Below, in pieces: positions 40,391-48,846 of a DNA stretch of 64,000 bases. Numbering within the stretch: the first letter of the stretch is position 1; the number at the start of each line of letters is the position of its first letter. Origin of the DNA: a virus; the IMG/VR virus record IMGVR_UViG_3300034524_000090, positions 32,001 through 96,000 of that record. One strand, written 5' to 3'. The position numbers and the translations under genes were made by a program. The notes under the pieces were generated by a model. The model searched no databases. It had not been told where the DNA came from and saw only the letters and a program-made list of their open reading frames with translations.

Positions 40391-40471
40391 GTTATATCGC
40401 CTCCATTTGTATTGTGGCCGAAATCAATAGTTTTTATACGTCTAATTAAAAATTTTTCAGGAGGGTTTGAT

Positions 40472-40828
40472 ATGTATTTAATTATCATTGATGCCCGTTC
40501 AGAAGAAAAGAAAAAACGCCACCAGAAAATTTTTGCTCAAATAGGTACAATTGCGGCAGTAACAGCCTGCTGGAGTATAGGTAGTCCTGCTATGGCTTTA
40601 GCTTACAAGAAAGGCGAAGTGGCCGTTAAAGCTCAACCGATTATTGATCTGTTAAAGGATGTGGCTGAACCTGTTGCGTATGGCTGTTATGTGTATGCCT
40701 TTATCCGCTATATGTTAGGACAGGAAGCGGAAGCAAAAAGGATGTTAAGAGGTACTACCTGGGCACTTTTGGGTATTAATCTTCTTCCCTGGTTGTTCAA
40801 CATAATTAAAAGCATAGGTGATCAGTAA
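40472..40828 (+). CDS. VirB2/TrbC pilin-like membrane protein
   Basis: GGAGG RBS before ATG 40472; signal-like segment then two hydrophobic helices around 'GQEAEAKRML'. Confidence 0.6.
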   Translation: MYLIIIDARSEEKKKRHQKIFAQIGTIAAVTACWSIGSPAMALAYKKGEVAVKAQPIIDLLKDVAEPVAYGCYVYAFIRYMLGQEAEAKRMLRGTTWALLGINLLPWLFNIIKSIGDQ

Positions 40829-41079
40829 TGAGTATCTTAAAATTATGGCATATTCTAACTACTCCTGGTACTGAATTATTGGAAGAGGTCGTGGGTAGCG
40901 GCAAAGAAGCGGCATGGCAAAAATTATTAATCTTTTTATCCGAATATCTAGACCCTGTAGCAACAATTATTGCTCTAGTTTGTTTACTTTTGATTATGCT
41001 AGGTTCTCGCACAGCAGGTAAAATCTTGTATTGGGATATAGCCCTATTTATCCTGCTTAAACTTTTAATAATAGTGTAA
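40828..41079 (+). CDS. Small two-TM membrane protein
   Basis: TAATG coupling; two hydrophobic helices. Confidence 0.65.
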   Translation: MSILKLWHILTTPGTELLEEVVGSGKEAAWQKLLIFLSEYLDPVATIIALVCLLLIMLGSRTAGKILYWDIALFILLKLLIIV

Positions 41080-41091
41080 GGAGGAGATAAA

Positions 41092-43377
41092 GTGTTTAAT
41101 AGGGTTAAAGTCATACCTTGGCAGGAGTTTTTTAAAGGGGAGGAAAAACTCCAAAAAACTAGAAAACCCCTTCTTCTCTCCCCTTTTTCCCCCTTTTTAG
41201 TGGTTAAAAATTTACCTTTAGTTTCATTTCAGCTTATACCGAATAAGCACACCAATAATGAAAATAATTTTATGCTTTTAAAAGCCCTTGATGAGCTTTA
41301 CACGGTTCCCCTAAACAGGATCAGTTTGACCCAAAAACAAATAAATTATACACCCCTGCCGTATTTTGTTTGGGAAGTATGGTTTATAAATAAAAAAATT
41401 TATTTCCTGGCCCATATTCGTTCTGATTGGCGGGAATATATAGAACACAAATTGACCCTGGCATGGCCTAAAATTAATATCAATTATATGGAAAATATTC
41501 CTGTTTTACCTGATGAAAGCCGTATTTTTAATGTCACCTTAAAAAACCATTTTATTTTCCCCCTGGGAGTCAATAGACTTTTTAACCACCTTGAAACCTT
41601 GCTTGAAACGGTTAGAATAATGGATAACGAAGATAAAGCGGTTTTACAGTTTATTATTACGCCTTTAGGCCCTTCTTGGCATAGTAAAGCGGAATATTGT
41701 TATCAGCAAATTCGGCAGGGTAATATACCGCAAAAAATAGAACTTAAAACGCCGTTTTATTATGCGGCGGTAGCTTTGGAGCCTGTTATGCGGGAACTGT
41801 TAGATTTTACTACTTTTCTTTTTGGCGACACAAATAGCCGTGAAAAAGACTCTAACCATATTAGAGAAAAGGTGAGTTTTTCACTGTATCAGAGCGTGAT
41901 GAATAAAATTAGACAGCCTGCTTTTGATACTACCATCAGGATAGGCGTTTACAGTATTAATACAAATAGGATACAGGCTATCAGTTATAATATTTTTGCC
42001 TTTTTGAACTTACTGGCGGGAGAACATAATGAGTTTAAACTGAAGCCTTTACCTGCCGAAACCGTTAAAAAATTAAACAACAGAAATCAGGAGTTTAGAC
42101 TTAACCATGATATTTTAACCCTTATGGAGTTAAATAAGCTGATTTTGTTACCTAATCTGGCTTTACAAAATGAATATAAAGAGATCGAAAAGGTAAGTAA
42201 GCACGAGGTAGTTTTGCCTAAAATTTTGACTCAGGGAGGGCTTTTAATCGGCCATATGAATTACCAGAATGTCAGGCAGGAAGTGTATTTGCCTATTAAC
42301 AATCATGATGAGCTTTGTCTGCCTCATATTGTGATCGGCGGCATGGGCACAGGTAAAACTTCTTTTGGGGCCAATTTAGCCATAGAAGCCATACGGAATA
42401 ATATGGGGGCCATAATTATTGATCCCGCCAAGGGAGAAGCAGGCGATGAAATAGAACTGGCAGTGTCGAAAAACTTAATTAAAAGGATAAAATTCGGTCA
42501 GGAAATAGTTTGTCTGGACTGGCGAGAGGCTTTGCATGGTGAGAGGAGTAAAAATAGATTTGCTAACGAACTTCTTAATTTCTTTGAGGTAGCTTCGGAC
42601 GAGATAGGTTTTCAGACGATCCGTTATTTAAGGGCGGCGGCTAAAGCCGTACCTTCCAATCGTCTAAAAGATATTATTGAGCTTATGACCAACAGTAGTT
42701 ACAGAAAAAAAATAACGGCTAAAATGCGGGAGCAAGAAAAAGAGGTATGGGAAAATTTTAATACATTAAGCGATGCACGTCAGAATCAAATCCTGCATCC
42801 GATACTAAACCGTTTGGATATTATTTTAGGAGATGATTATTTAAGTGAATGTATGGAGGCCGAAGAGGGCTTAGACTTTGTGGAACTGTTAAAAACCCCT
42901 AAAGTAATTGTTCTTGATGTGCCTAAACGTGAGTTGGGTGCTGAAGCTGTAGATGTACTGGCTACTTTATTAATTACCAAAATTAATCTGGCGATGGTTT
43001 TAAGAAATACTGATTTTCCAGTTTTTGTTATTCAAGACGAGCCGCATCAGTACATGAAGAGCTACCGTATCTGGAAATCGGCGGCGATTGAAAGTAGAAA
43101 ATGGAAATTCAGTTTTGTATGGATGTTTCATGCCTGGGAGCAGTTGCCAAGAGATTTAATTAGTATAATCAGATCGGCTAATCCTCATTATCATTTATAC
43201 ACTTCATCAGAATTAACATATAGAGCTTTGGCTGAAGAAATAAAGCCGTTTGAAATACAGGAGGCGATTAATACCCCTACCCATTATGCCATTAATATTA
43301 TCAGGGCCAACAATAAGACTTTAACACCTTTTATGGCGAAGATGCTTCCACCTCCTTCTAAAAGAAAAAGGGGTTAA
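41092..43377 (+). CDS. VirB4/VirD4/HerA-FtsK superfamily ATPase
   Basis: Walker A GGMGTGKT, IIDPAKG, Walker B VIQDEPHQ, ESRKW. Confidence 0.8.
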   Translation: MFNRVKVIPWQEFFKGEEKLQKTRKPLLLSPFSPFLVVKNLPLVSFQLIPNKHTNNENNFMLLKALDELYTVPLNRISLTQKQINYTPLPYFVWEVWFINKKIYFLAHIRSDWREYIEHKLTLAWPKININYMENIPVLPDESRIFNVTLKNHFIFPLGVNRLFNHLETLLETVRIMDNEDKAVLQFIITPLGPSWHSKAEYCYQQIRQGNIPQKIELKTPFYYAAVALEPVMRELLDFTTFLFGDTNSREKDSNHIREKVSFSLYQSVMNKIRQPAFDTTIRIGVYSINTNRIQAISYNIFAFLNLLAGEHNEFKLKPLPAETVKKLNNRNQEFRLNHDILTLMELNKLILLPNLALQNEYKEIEKVSKHEVVLPKILTQGGLLIGHMNYQNVRQEVYLPINNHDELCLPHIVIGGMGTGKTSFGANLAIEAIRNNMGAIIIDPAKGEAGDEIELAVSKNLIKRIKFGQEIVCLDWREALHGERSKNRFANELLNFFEVASDEIGFQTIRYLRAAAKAVPSNRLKDIIELMTNSSYRKKITAKMREQEKEVWENFNTLSDARQNQILHPILNRLDIILGDDYLSECMEAEEGLDFVELLKTPKVIVLDVPKRELGAEAVDVLATLLITKINLAMVLRNTDFPVFVIQDEPHQYMKSYRIWKSAAIESRKWKFSFVWMFHAWEQLPRDLISIIRSANPHYHLYTSSELTYRALAEEIKPFEIQEAINTPTHYAINIIRANNKTLTPFMAKMLPPPSKRKRG

Positions 43378-43388
43378 CCCCCCTGTTT

Positions 43389-44300
43389 TTATATATTCCT
43401 GATTCTTTTGCGTGAAAACATTCGTTGAACAACGCTGGCTGTAGTATGTTTGTCTTTTATGTCCTGCTCAACCAGATGAACATATTTGATAGCCATCTCT
43501 AAGCCAGAATGTCCAAGTAAATAACGTAAGGAGTGGATGTCACCACCGCCACGTAAGAATTCTGTAGCGGCTATATGCCTTAAACTGTAGGCGTTTATTT
43601 TTAAACCTAGTTTTCGGCTGTATTTTTGTAATTTATGGTTCCATGAAGTTTCCAGCATAGGTTGTCCATCTTGGTTGCAGAAAACAGGTGAGTGGAGCCA
43701 TTCCCTGGGTCTAACTGCCAGGAGTTTATTTAGTGCTTCGGCGGTAACGGGCGTAATGGGCAGGATGCGGGTTGTTCTGGTTTTGGAAATTTCGGCCCTG
43801 ACGGTTACGGTAAGATTTTTGAGATCAATATCGGCTGGTATAAGCTGTAATGCTTCGCTTGGTCTGATGGCCGTATCTAAAGTTAATAGTATCAGTGTAT
43901 AATCCCTTAAACCCGCATAGGTTTTACGATCAGGTAGTTTTAGTAATTCTTGCAGGGTATCGGTATTGATGTTGATAAATTTTATTTCCGTTTTCTTTCT
44001 CTTAAATTTTTTTAAGGGGTTGTCGTCAATATATTCTTCTTCGACGCAGTAATTGAAAAAGGCTTTTAGATAGACCAGTCTTAAATTATAGGTGGCGGGT
44101 TTAACCCTTTCGGCCATATAAATGTTTATGGCTTCTTTCAGTTTGTCGGGCCATGCGTCTGGAAATCGTTTAAAAAAGCGTTCAACATGATTCTGGTAAT
44201 CTTTTAAAGTTTTTTCAGCTAGTCCTTGAGCCGTTTTATGCCAGATAAATTGTTGTAACGCCTGTCTCCAGTCTACCTTTTTTAGATTTACGCTGTGCAT
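43389..44300 (-). CDS. int: Tyrosine integrase
   Basis: TAIRPSEA (R), SKT (K), YSLRH, LGHS, KYVH (Y); N-terminal SAM-like domain. Confidence 0.93.
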   Translation of the reverse strand: MHSVNLKKVDWRQALQQFIWHKTAQGLAEKTLKDYQNHVERFFKRFPDAWPDKLKEAINIYMAERVKPATYNLRLVYLKAFFNYCVEEEYIDDNPLKKFKRKKTEIKFININTDTLQELLKLPDRKTYAGLRDYTLILLTLDTAIRPSEALQLIPADIDLKNLTVTVRAEISKTRTTRILPITPVTAEALNKLLAVRPREWLHSPVFCNQDGQPMLETSWNHKLQKYSRKLGLKINAYSLRHIAATEFLRGGGDIHSLRYLLGHSGLEMAIKYVHLVEQDIKDKHTTASVVQRMFSRKRIRNI

Positions 44301-44301
44301 A

Positions 44302-44340
44302 AAAAATAGCCTCCTACTTTTTCAGTAGAAGGCCATTTTT
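44302..44340 (-). terminator. Terminator-like hairpin containing the integrase RBS
   Basis: Minus strand aaaatggccttctact-gaaaa-agtaggaggctatttt, with the T-run directly abutting ATG. Confidence 0.7.
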
Positions 44341-44403
44341 AATAACAAAGGATTCGGTCTAACTTTTTCTTTTTTGGGGCCTATAAGCCCTTGATTTTCC
44401 TTC

Positions 44404-44451
44404 TGGTGCCTCAGGGCGGAATCGAACCGCCGACACGAGGATTTTCAGTCC
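44404..44451 (-). other. attP core: 3' half of tRNA-Phe(GAA)
   Basis: Minus strand ggactGAAaatcc-tcgtgtc-ggcggTTCGATTccgcc-ctgaggc-ACCA; no 5' acceptor strand or D-arm; about 100 bp from int. Confidence 0.9.
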
Positions 44452-44721
44452 GACTAATACGGCAAAAATCCTCCAAGGCTTGATATTGCTTAATTCGGCC
44501 TTCTACTGATTTTTTATTGACAGCGGATTTCCTTATGAAAAAAGGATTTTCTACTGTCGTAGATATATTATACGCCATTCCGACAAAAAATCCTTCTTGG
44601 TAGCCATATTTTTTTATCCACCCCCAAACCGATAGAATAAAGGATACAAATAAAAAAATAAAAAATAAAAATCGGCAAAGGCCAAGGGTCAAGATGACAA
44701 ACTAGATTAAAAAAGGGCAAT

Positions 44722-44760
44722 AAAAAAACCCCTTACGGGTGGTTATTCCCGTAAGGGGTT
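44722..44760 (-). terminator. Intrinsic terminator ending the early arm before attP
   Basis: 13-bp stem aaccccttacggg/cccgtaaggggtt, A-run on the left. Confidence 0.88.
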
Positions 44761-44775
44761 ATACATCTATAATAT

Positions 44776-45699
44776 CTAAGCGGCTAAAAGTTCATAAGTC
44801 TGATCCAAAAGCTCTGCGCCGTTAATAATATTTACAAAGTGGCGTTCCTTAAATGTCTTTGATTTTCTTAAAGGCTCTTTATGTGTAACATGATCTGCAA
44901 CAGCATTTAAAAAGCCCCAAGCAGTGCCTTTAAACTTCTGTAAATCAGGGGCTTTATCATAGCGATACAAAATATCGTTTCTTAGTCTTATTACGTTTTC
45001 TTTGGCTTTTTCGCTCATATCGTTTTTAGTTGGCAAAATAGTGTTGATAATCTCTTCTATATCTTTTTCTTTCAAAGAAATATTAACCATATTTTCAGCG
45101 GTTTTTTGTAGATTTTTTAAGTAAATATCAGTTAATTCTAATGTTCTTCTGGCTTCCTCTAATCGGCCCTGAATATCTCCTCTGTGAATTACACTCCAAG
45201 ACCGTTGAGCAGTTTTTAGTGCTAAATTTAATGTATTATTACATACAACACGTACTGGTGTTAATGCGACTTTTACTGGACTTTTGCCGTCATGACTATT
45301 AGTAAAAACTATATAAGGTATTGTAACATCATCAATAAGTTTTATTTCTGGTAAGCGGCCTAATAACCATATTTGTTTACCTTCTTTCAACGATCCTGCT
45401 GTTTCATATTTTAGTCCTTCGCCGATCAAAGAATCTGTAAAAACGAAGGCTTCTTTGTTTTGAATAATTTTGTAACGGTTGCTTACAATACCTAAAACTT
45501 TTCCATTATCGCTTCTCACGTTGGCCCAATAATTGGGCACTTTCCTTCCTTGCACATAAATTTCTTCAGGTATAACTTCCCAGTCTAAACCTGCTTGTTT
45601 AATCGCTTCTTCTGAAGTTGGGGGTTCATTAAGGATTCTACTCAGGCCATGCCAGGGCACTTCACGAACTGAAAACATAGTTTCAACTAATGCGCTCAT
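44776..45699 (-). CDS. DUF932 (TIGR03299-type phage/plasmid-like) protein
   Basis: 'VETMFSVREVPWHGL', 'YETAGSL..GK', 'NSHDG', 'TPVRVVCNNTL', 'GTAWG..NAV'. Confidence 0.9.
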   Translation of the reverse strand: MSALVETMFSVREVPWHGLSRILNEPPTSEEAIKQAGLDWEVIPEEIYVQGRKVPNYWANVRSDNGKVLGIVSNRYKIIQNKEAFVFTDSLIGEGLKYETAGSLKEGKQIWLLGRLPEIKLIDDVTIPYIVFTNSHDGKSPVKVALTPVRVVCNNTLNLALKTAQRSWSVIHRGDIQGRLEEARRTLELTDIYLKNLQKTAENMVNISLKEKDIEEIINTILPTKNDMSEKAKENVIRLRNDILYRYDKAPDLQKFKGTAWGFLNAVADHVTHKEPLRKSKTFKERHFVNIINGAELLDQTYELLAA

Positions 45700-45749
45700 T
45701 TTTATTTTATCCTCCTTGTGTTTTATTTTTTATGTTTAATTTTTGATTT

Positions 45750-46019
45750 TTAATTTACATTTATTTCGTGTATATATTTTGTTCCTTGTACTATTTGAAA
45801 TCTACAATGCATACACACAGGTTTGCCATAAAAAATATCATCAGTAGCATTGCCACAGAAAATACAAGAGTATTCATAGGGTTTTAATATAATTTGGTTT
45901 TTATCTATTATAAATTCTATCTCTGTTCCTTCTTCCCAATTTGCCGCTCTAACAATTTCAGGTGGCACAACTAATTTACCTTGTTTAATTGCACGTCTAA
46001 TATTAGTTTTTTTACTCAT
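45750..46019 (-). CDS. abrB: AbrB-family transition-state regulator
   Basis: 'RAIKQGKLVVPPE...IILKPY...CIFCG...GKPVC..C'. Confidence 0.85.
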   Translation of the reverse strand: MSKKTNIRRAIKQGKLVVPPEIVRAANWEEGTEIEFIIDKNQIILKPYEYSCIFCGNATDDIFYGKPVCMHCRFQIVQGTKYIHEINVN

Positions 46020-46022
46020 AAT

Positions 46023-46190
46023 TTAACAAATACCTCCTACGTGTGTCCAAGGGTTATAAATTTTAAATACCCAAATTTCTTTACCAGAATTGGTTTTTAT
46101 CCTTCCTGAAGGTATTCCCATAACTGCGTGAAATCCCATAGTTTTATTAGCCTTTTTTATTTGGCCCTTAATTTGTTTTCTATTTTTCAT
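46023..46190 (-). CDS. Small basic hypothetical protein (55 aa, not in ORF track)
   Basis: AAGGTG RBS, ATGA overlap with upstream gene; MKNRKQIKGQ... Confidence 0.5.
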   Translation of the reverse strand: MKNRKQIKGQIKKANKTMGFHAVMGIPSGRIKTNSGKEIWVFKIYNPWTHVGGIC

Positions 46191-46450
46191 TGTCTCACCT
46201 TCTTTAGTCTTTGTTGATGAACGGGATTAGGCTTATTTACCCAACCTCCTTCGTCTTCTCTATAATCTAATTCGCCACGTAATATTTTTGTTTCAGTTTC
46301 ATAATCAACAATTTCACCAGGACAATCGGTTGTCAACGAACCTTCAGCGAGCTTGCAAATTTTACACATTGCTAATCCACCTTCACAAATAGGACAATGG
46401 ATTTTCTCTATGCAATTACAATCTTCAGGCTTATAAAATATATGCTTCAT
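46187..46450 (-). CDS. Cys-rich hypothetical protein
   Basis: 'CPICEGGLAMCKIC..AEGSLTTDCPG'; AGGAG RBS. Confidence 0.7.
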   Translation of the reverse strand: MKHIFYKPEDCNCIEKIHCPICEGGLAMCKICKLAEGSLTTDCPGEIVDYETETKILRGELDYREDEGGWVNKPNPVHQQRLKKVRQ

Positions 46451-46493
46451 TAATAATCACTCCTACGTTTTTTCTTTGAAGTGTGAAGTAAAG

Positions 46494-46919
46494 TTATTTG
46501 TTTCTCTGGGTGGCTTCCCGATAAAGATAATACTTGCCTGCCCAAACAGCAAAATCATGTATGTCCTCTAGTTTGCCAGCCTCAAAAAGAGCATAAAACT
46601 CATCAGAACTCATCTTGTATTTGCGCTCATAACTTTGAAGTTGCTGTTCTAGGAACTTGATTATACTTCCCCGATCACCAGTTAATCGATATACAGTTCG
46701 CTCAAAGTCGTTATAGGACATCATCTTATCCTTATTAAGCCTAACTTTTACCATATTGTTCCACCCTTTGATGTTAAGCTTTTCGCATTTTAAACATGAT
46801 GCGTTTTCTCTTTGAAATTCGAGGCTTCCCCATGCTTGTTCTCTTATCTGCTCCTCTATTTTCCGCACAAGAATTCGAGCTTCGTTAATCCATTGCTGAT
46901 GTAAAAAACTGTTTGCCAC
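46494..46919 (-). CDS. Protein with C-terminal antitoxin-like (TumA-type) domain
   Basis: 'YERKYKMSSDEFY..FEAGKLED..DF..W...Y'; possible internal start at 46754. Confidence 0.55.
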   Translation of the reverse strand: MANSFLHQQWINEARILVRKIEEQIREQAWGSLEFQRENASCLKCEKLNIKGWNNMVKVRLNKDKMMSYNDFERTVYRLTGDRGSIIKFLEQQLQSYERKYKMSSDEFYALFEAGKLEDIHDFAVWAGKYYLYREATQRNK

Positions 46920-46958
46920 TTCGATCTACTCCCTCCACATTCTCTTTGGAATGTGTAG

Positions 46959-47147
46959 TTAGCGATTAACACTTTCTTCTAACTCATTTTCTAAATCGTG
47001 AAGATATATACTAACTCCAAACGCAAATTCGGTTACTTTGGGAGCACGTTCCTCCACCTGTTCTGCCATAGGTAAAAGTTCATTTAAATGTCTGCGTATG
47101 GTTTTGCACTTTTGTTTCATAAACCTATATTCATCTTTGGATAACAT
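46959..47147 (-). CDS. Hypothetical protein
   Basis: GGGAGG RBS; flanked by 20-bp repeats. Confidence 0.65.
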   Translation of the reverse strand: MLSKDEYRFMKQKCKTIRRHLNELLPMAEQVEERAPKVTEFAFGVSIYLHDLENELEESVNR

Positions 47148-47209
47148 AACAGTCCTCCCTTTTGCTTCACATCCTAAACATGATGTGTCTCATCGTTTGT
47201 TATGTGTAT

Positions 47210-47467
47210 TTACCTAAAAAACTCATTATAAAGCTCATTATATGCTTTTTCGTAGTTTTGAGGATTACCATCTCTTTTGACCCATTCATCATAGCAAGCA
47301 TCTACCTGCCAATGGAAATCAGACCGTGGATTGTTATTTGCATATGCTGATAGCCATATTTTATCTTTGGTTTCTTTAAACAATTCTTCTTTTGTCATTT
47401 GGGCTAGTTTTTTTAGATACAAAGATCTAGGTTTTCCATGATTGTCATTCCCGCTATATTTGTCCAT
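47210..47467 (-). CDS. Hypothetical protein
   Basis: AAGGAG RBS; flanked by 20-bp repeats. Confidence 0.7.
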   Translation of the reverse strand: MDKYSGNDNHGKPRSLYLKKLAQMTKEELFKETKDKIWLSAYANNNPRSDFHWQVDACYDEWVKRDGNPQNYEKAYNELYNEFFR

Positions 47468-47508
47468 TTCTTTTTTCTCCTTCGCATTTTCTTTGGAATG
47501 TGTTAATC

Positions 47509-47775
47509 TTAACTGCTGCTGACTGTAATATAAGCCTTATAGTTTTCAGGCAATTTTTGACCACAAATGGGACAATATGTGAACCTTATGTGCTCAGTAG
47601 TTCCACGTTTTGATACTCGTAATTCTTTTCCATTTTTTAAATACTGTTTTTTGGCAATCACAAACGGCCTAATATATGCCTCAATAACAAAATTTAAACT
47701 TACTGTAGCATTTCTACCATATTTCACATATTCTTTTGATAAACTGCTTGCTAATTCTGTTGCACAATTACACAT
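47509..47775 (-). CDS. Zinc-binding hypothetical protein
   Basis: MCNC...YCPICG. Confidence 0.65.
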   Translation of the reverse strand: MCNCATELASSLSKEYVKYGRNATVSLNFVIEAYIRPFVIAKKQYLKNGKELRVSKRGTTEHIRFTYCPICGQKLPENYKAYITVSSS

Positions 47776-47823
47776 TTATATTACCCCCATACATCTTAAT
47801 AATATTGTTCCTTTTTTATTATC

Positions 47824-48843
47824 TTAGTACACATAATGAGGTGTTTTTCCATCGTATATTATTTCTTCTTCTTGTTGTTCTTCCTGTTGTTCTTGTTCTT
47901 CTTGTTGTTGTTCAAGGTATTTTGTTAGAATTTCAATGCCTCTTGGGGTAATTTCACGTCCTCGACTGGTTTTTTTGATAAGCCCTAAAGTATACAGCCA
48001 GGGTTCTATTACTTCTTCAACAGTCGAAACAGGTACACCTAACAGGTTAGCTATACTTTTAGCGCCAACTGGTCTTTCAGCCCAAGCTAATTGCATAAGA
48101 TAAAAATAATCCCTATGTTCTAAACCCATTTCGTCTAATCCTAAGACCTCCATTGTTTCTAAGACAATATCAGGAGGTATTTCATTTGTTCCTTTTATTA
48201 CTGCCATATCAATAACACGGTATAAAAGATTTAAGGCTATTCGGGGTGTTAGTTTAGACCGTTTAGCAAGTTCAAACGCACCTTCAACACTAAGTCTAAA
48301 ACCTAATTCTTGTGCGGCAAGGGTGACTATCACACCGATTTCTTCAAATTGATAATCCTCCATTTCAATTATTAAATCAAACCTGTCCCGTAACGGCTTT
48401 GTTACATCGCCTAAACGGGTTGTGGCTCCTATAATAGTAATTATAGGTGTTCTGGCCTTTTTAATTTCATTACCTACTTTGACATCAATCATCCAATCTT
48501 CTAAAACTGTATATAATTTTTCTTCGACCTCTAAAGGTAATGAATGGATTTCGTCAATGAATAATATTTGTAGTTTATCATCGTGTTCAAAACTAATAAG
48601 TAGCTGAATTAGATCCTGTTCTGTACGAAGACTAGGCGCCATTACAACTTTAAATTCAGCTTCTAGTTCTTCAGCCAGAGCTTTAGCTAATGCTGTTTTT
48701 CCAGTTCCAGGTTTACCTACAAAAAGCATATGCGGGGGCACTCGTCCTGATAAGAGTGCCCCTCTAACAGCTAGTCGTATTTTATTTTTAGCTTTTTCTT
48801 GGCCTATATAGTAAGCTAAATTTTTAGGAGTATATAACTGCAT
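47824..48843 (-). CDS. ruvB: RuvB-like Holliday junction branch-migration ATPase
   Basis: YIGQ, GKPGTGKT, LFIDEIH, GATTR.G....PLRDRF, TPRIA, EPWL...GL...T.RGR. Confidence 0.92.
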   Translation of the reverse strand: MQLYTPKNLAYYIGQEKAKNKIRLAVRGALLSGRVPPHMLFVGKPGTGKTALAKALAEELEAEFKVVMAPSLRTEQDLIQLLISFEHDDKLQILFIDEIHSLPLEVEEKLYTVLEDWMIDVKVGNEIKKARTPIITIIGATTRLGDVTKPLRDRFDLIIEMEDYQFEEIGVIVTLAAQELGFRLSVEGAFELAKRSKLTPRIALNLLYRVIDMAVIKGTNEIPPDIVLETMEVLGLDEMGLEHRDYFYLMQLAWAERPVGAKSIANLLGVPVSTVEEVIEPWLYTLGLIKKTSRGREITPRGIEILTKYLEQQQEEQEQQEEQQEEEIIYDGKTPHYVY

Positions 48844-48846
48844 CAG

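Larger units (their letters stand above)
46466..47502. repeat. Four dispersed 20-bp imperfect palindromes (46466-46485, 46936-46955, 47168-47187, 47483-47502)
   Basis: Minus strand: cacacttcaaagaaaaaacg, cacattccaaagagaatgtg, cacatcatgtttaggatgtg, cacattccaaagaaaatgcg; each between a stop codon and the next RBS. Confidence 0.8.

Noticed and set aside
44380-44480. Complete tRNA-Phe gene
   Set aside because: Only anticodon arm to CCA is present; upstream sequence cannot form the D-arm or 5' acceptor strand, so it is called attP
44411-44692. 93-aa minus-strand ORF over the att site
   Set aside because: Runs through the tRNA fragment and arm repeats, no good RBS; probably spurious
46466-47502. 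CRISPR array or classical integron attC sites
   Set aside because: Intervals are whole genes of variable length, and the sites lack the RYYYAAC/GTTRRRY ends and long attC hairpin
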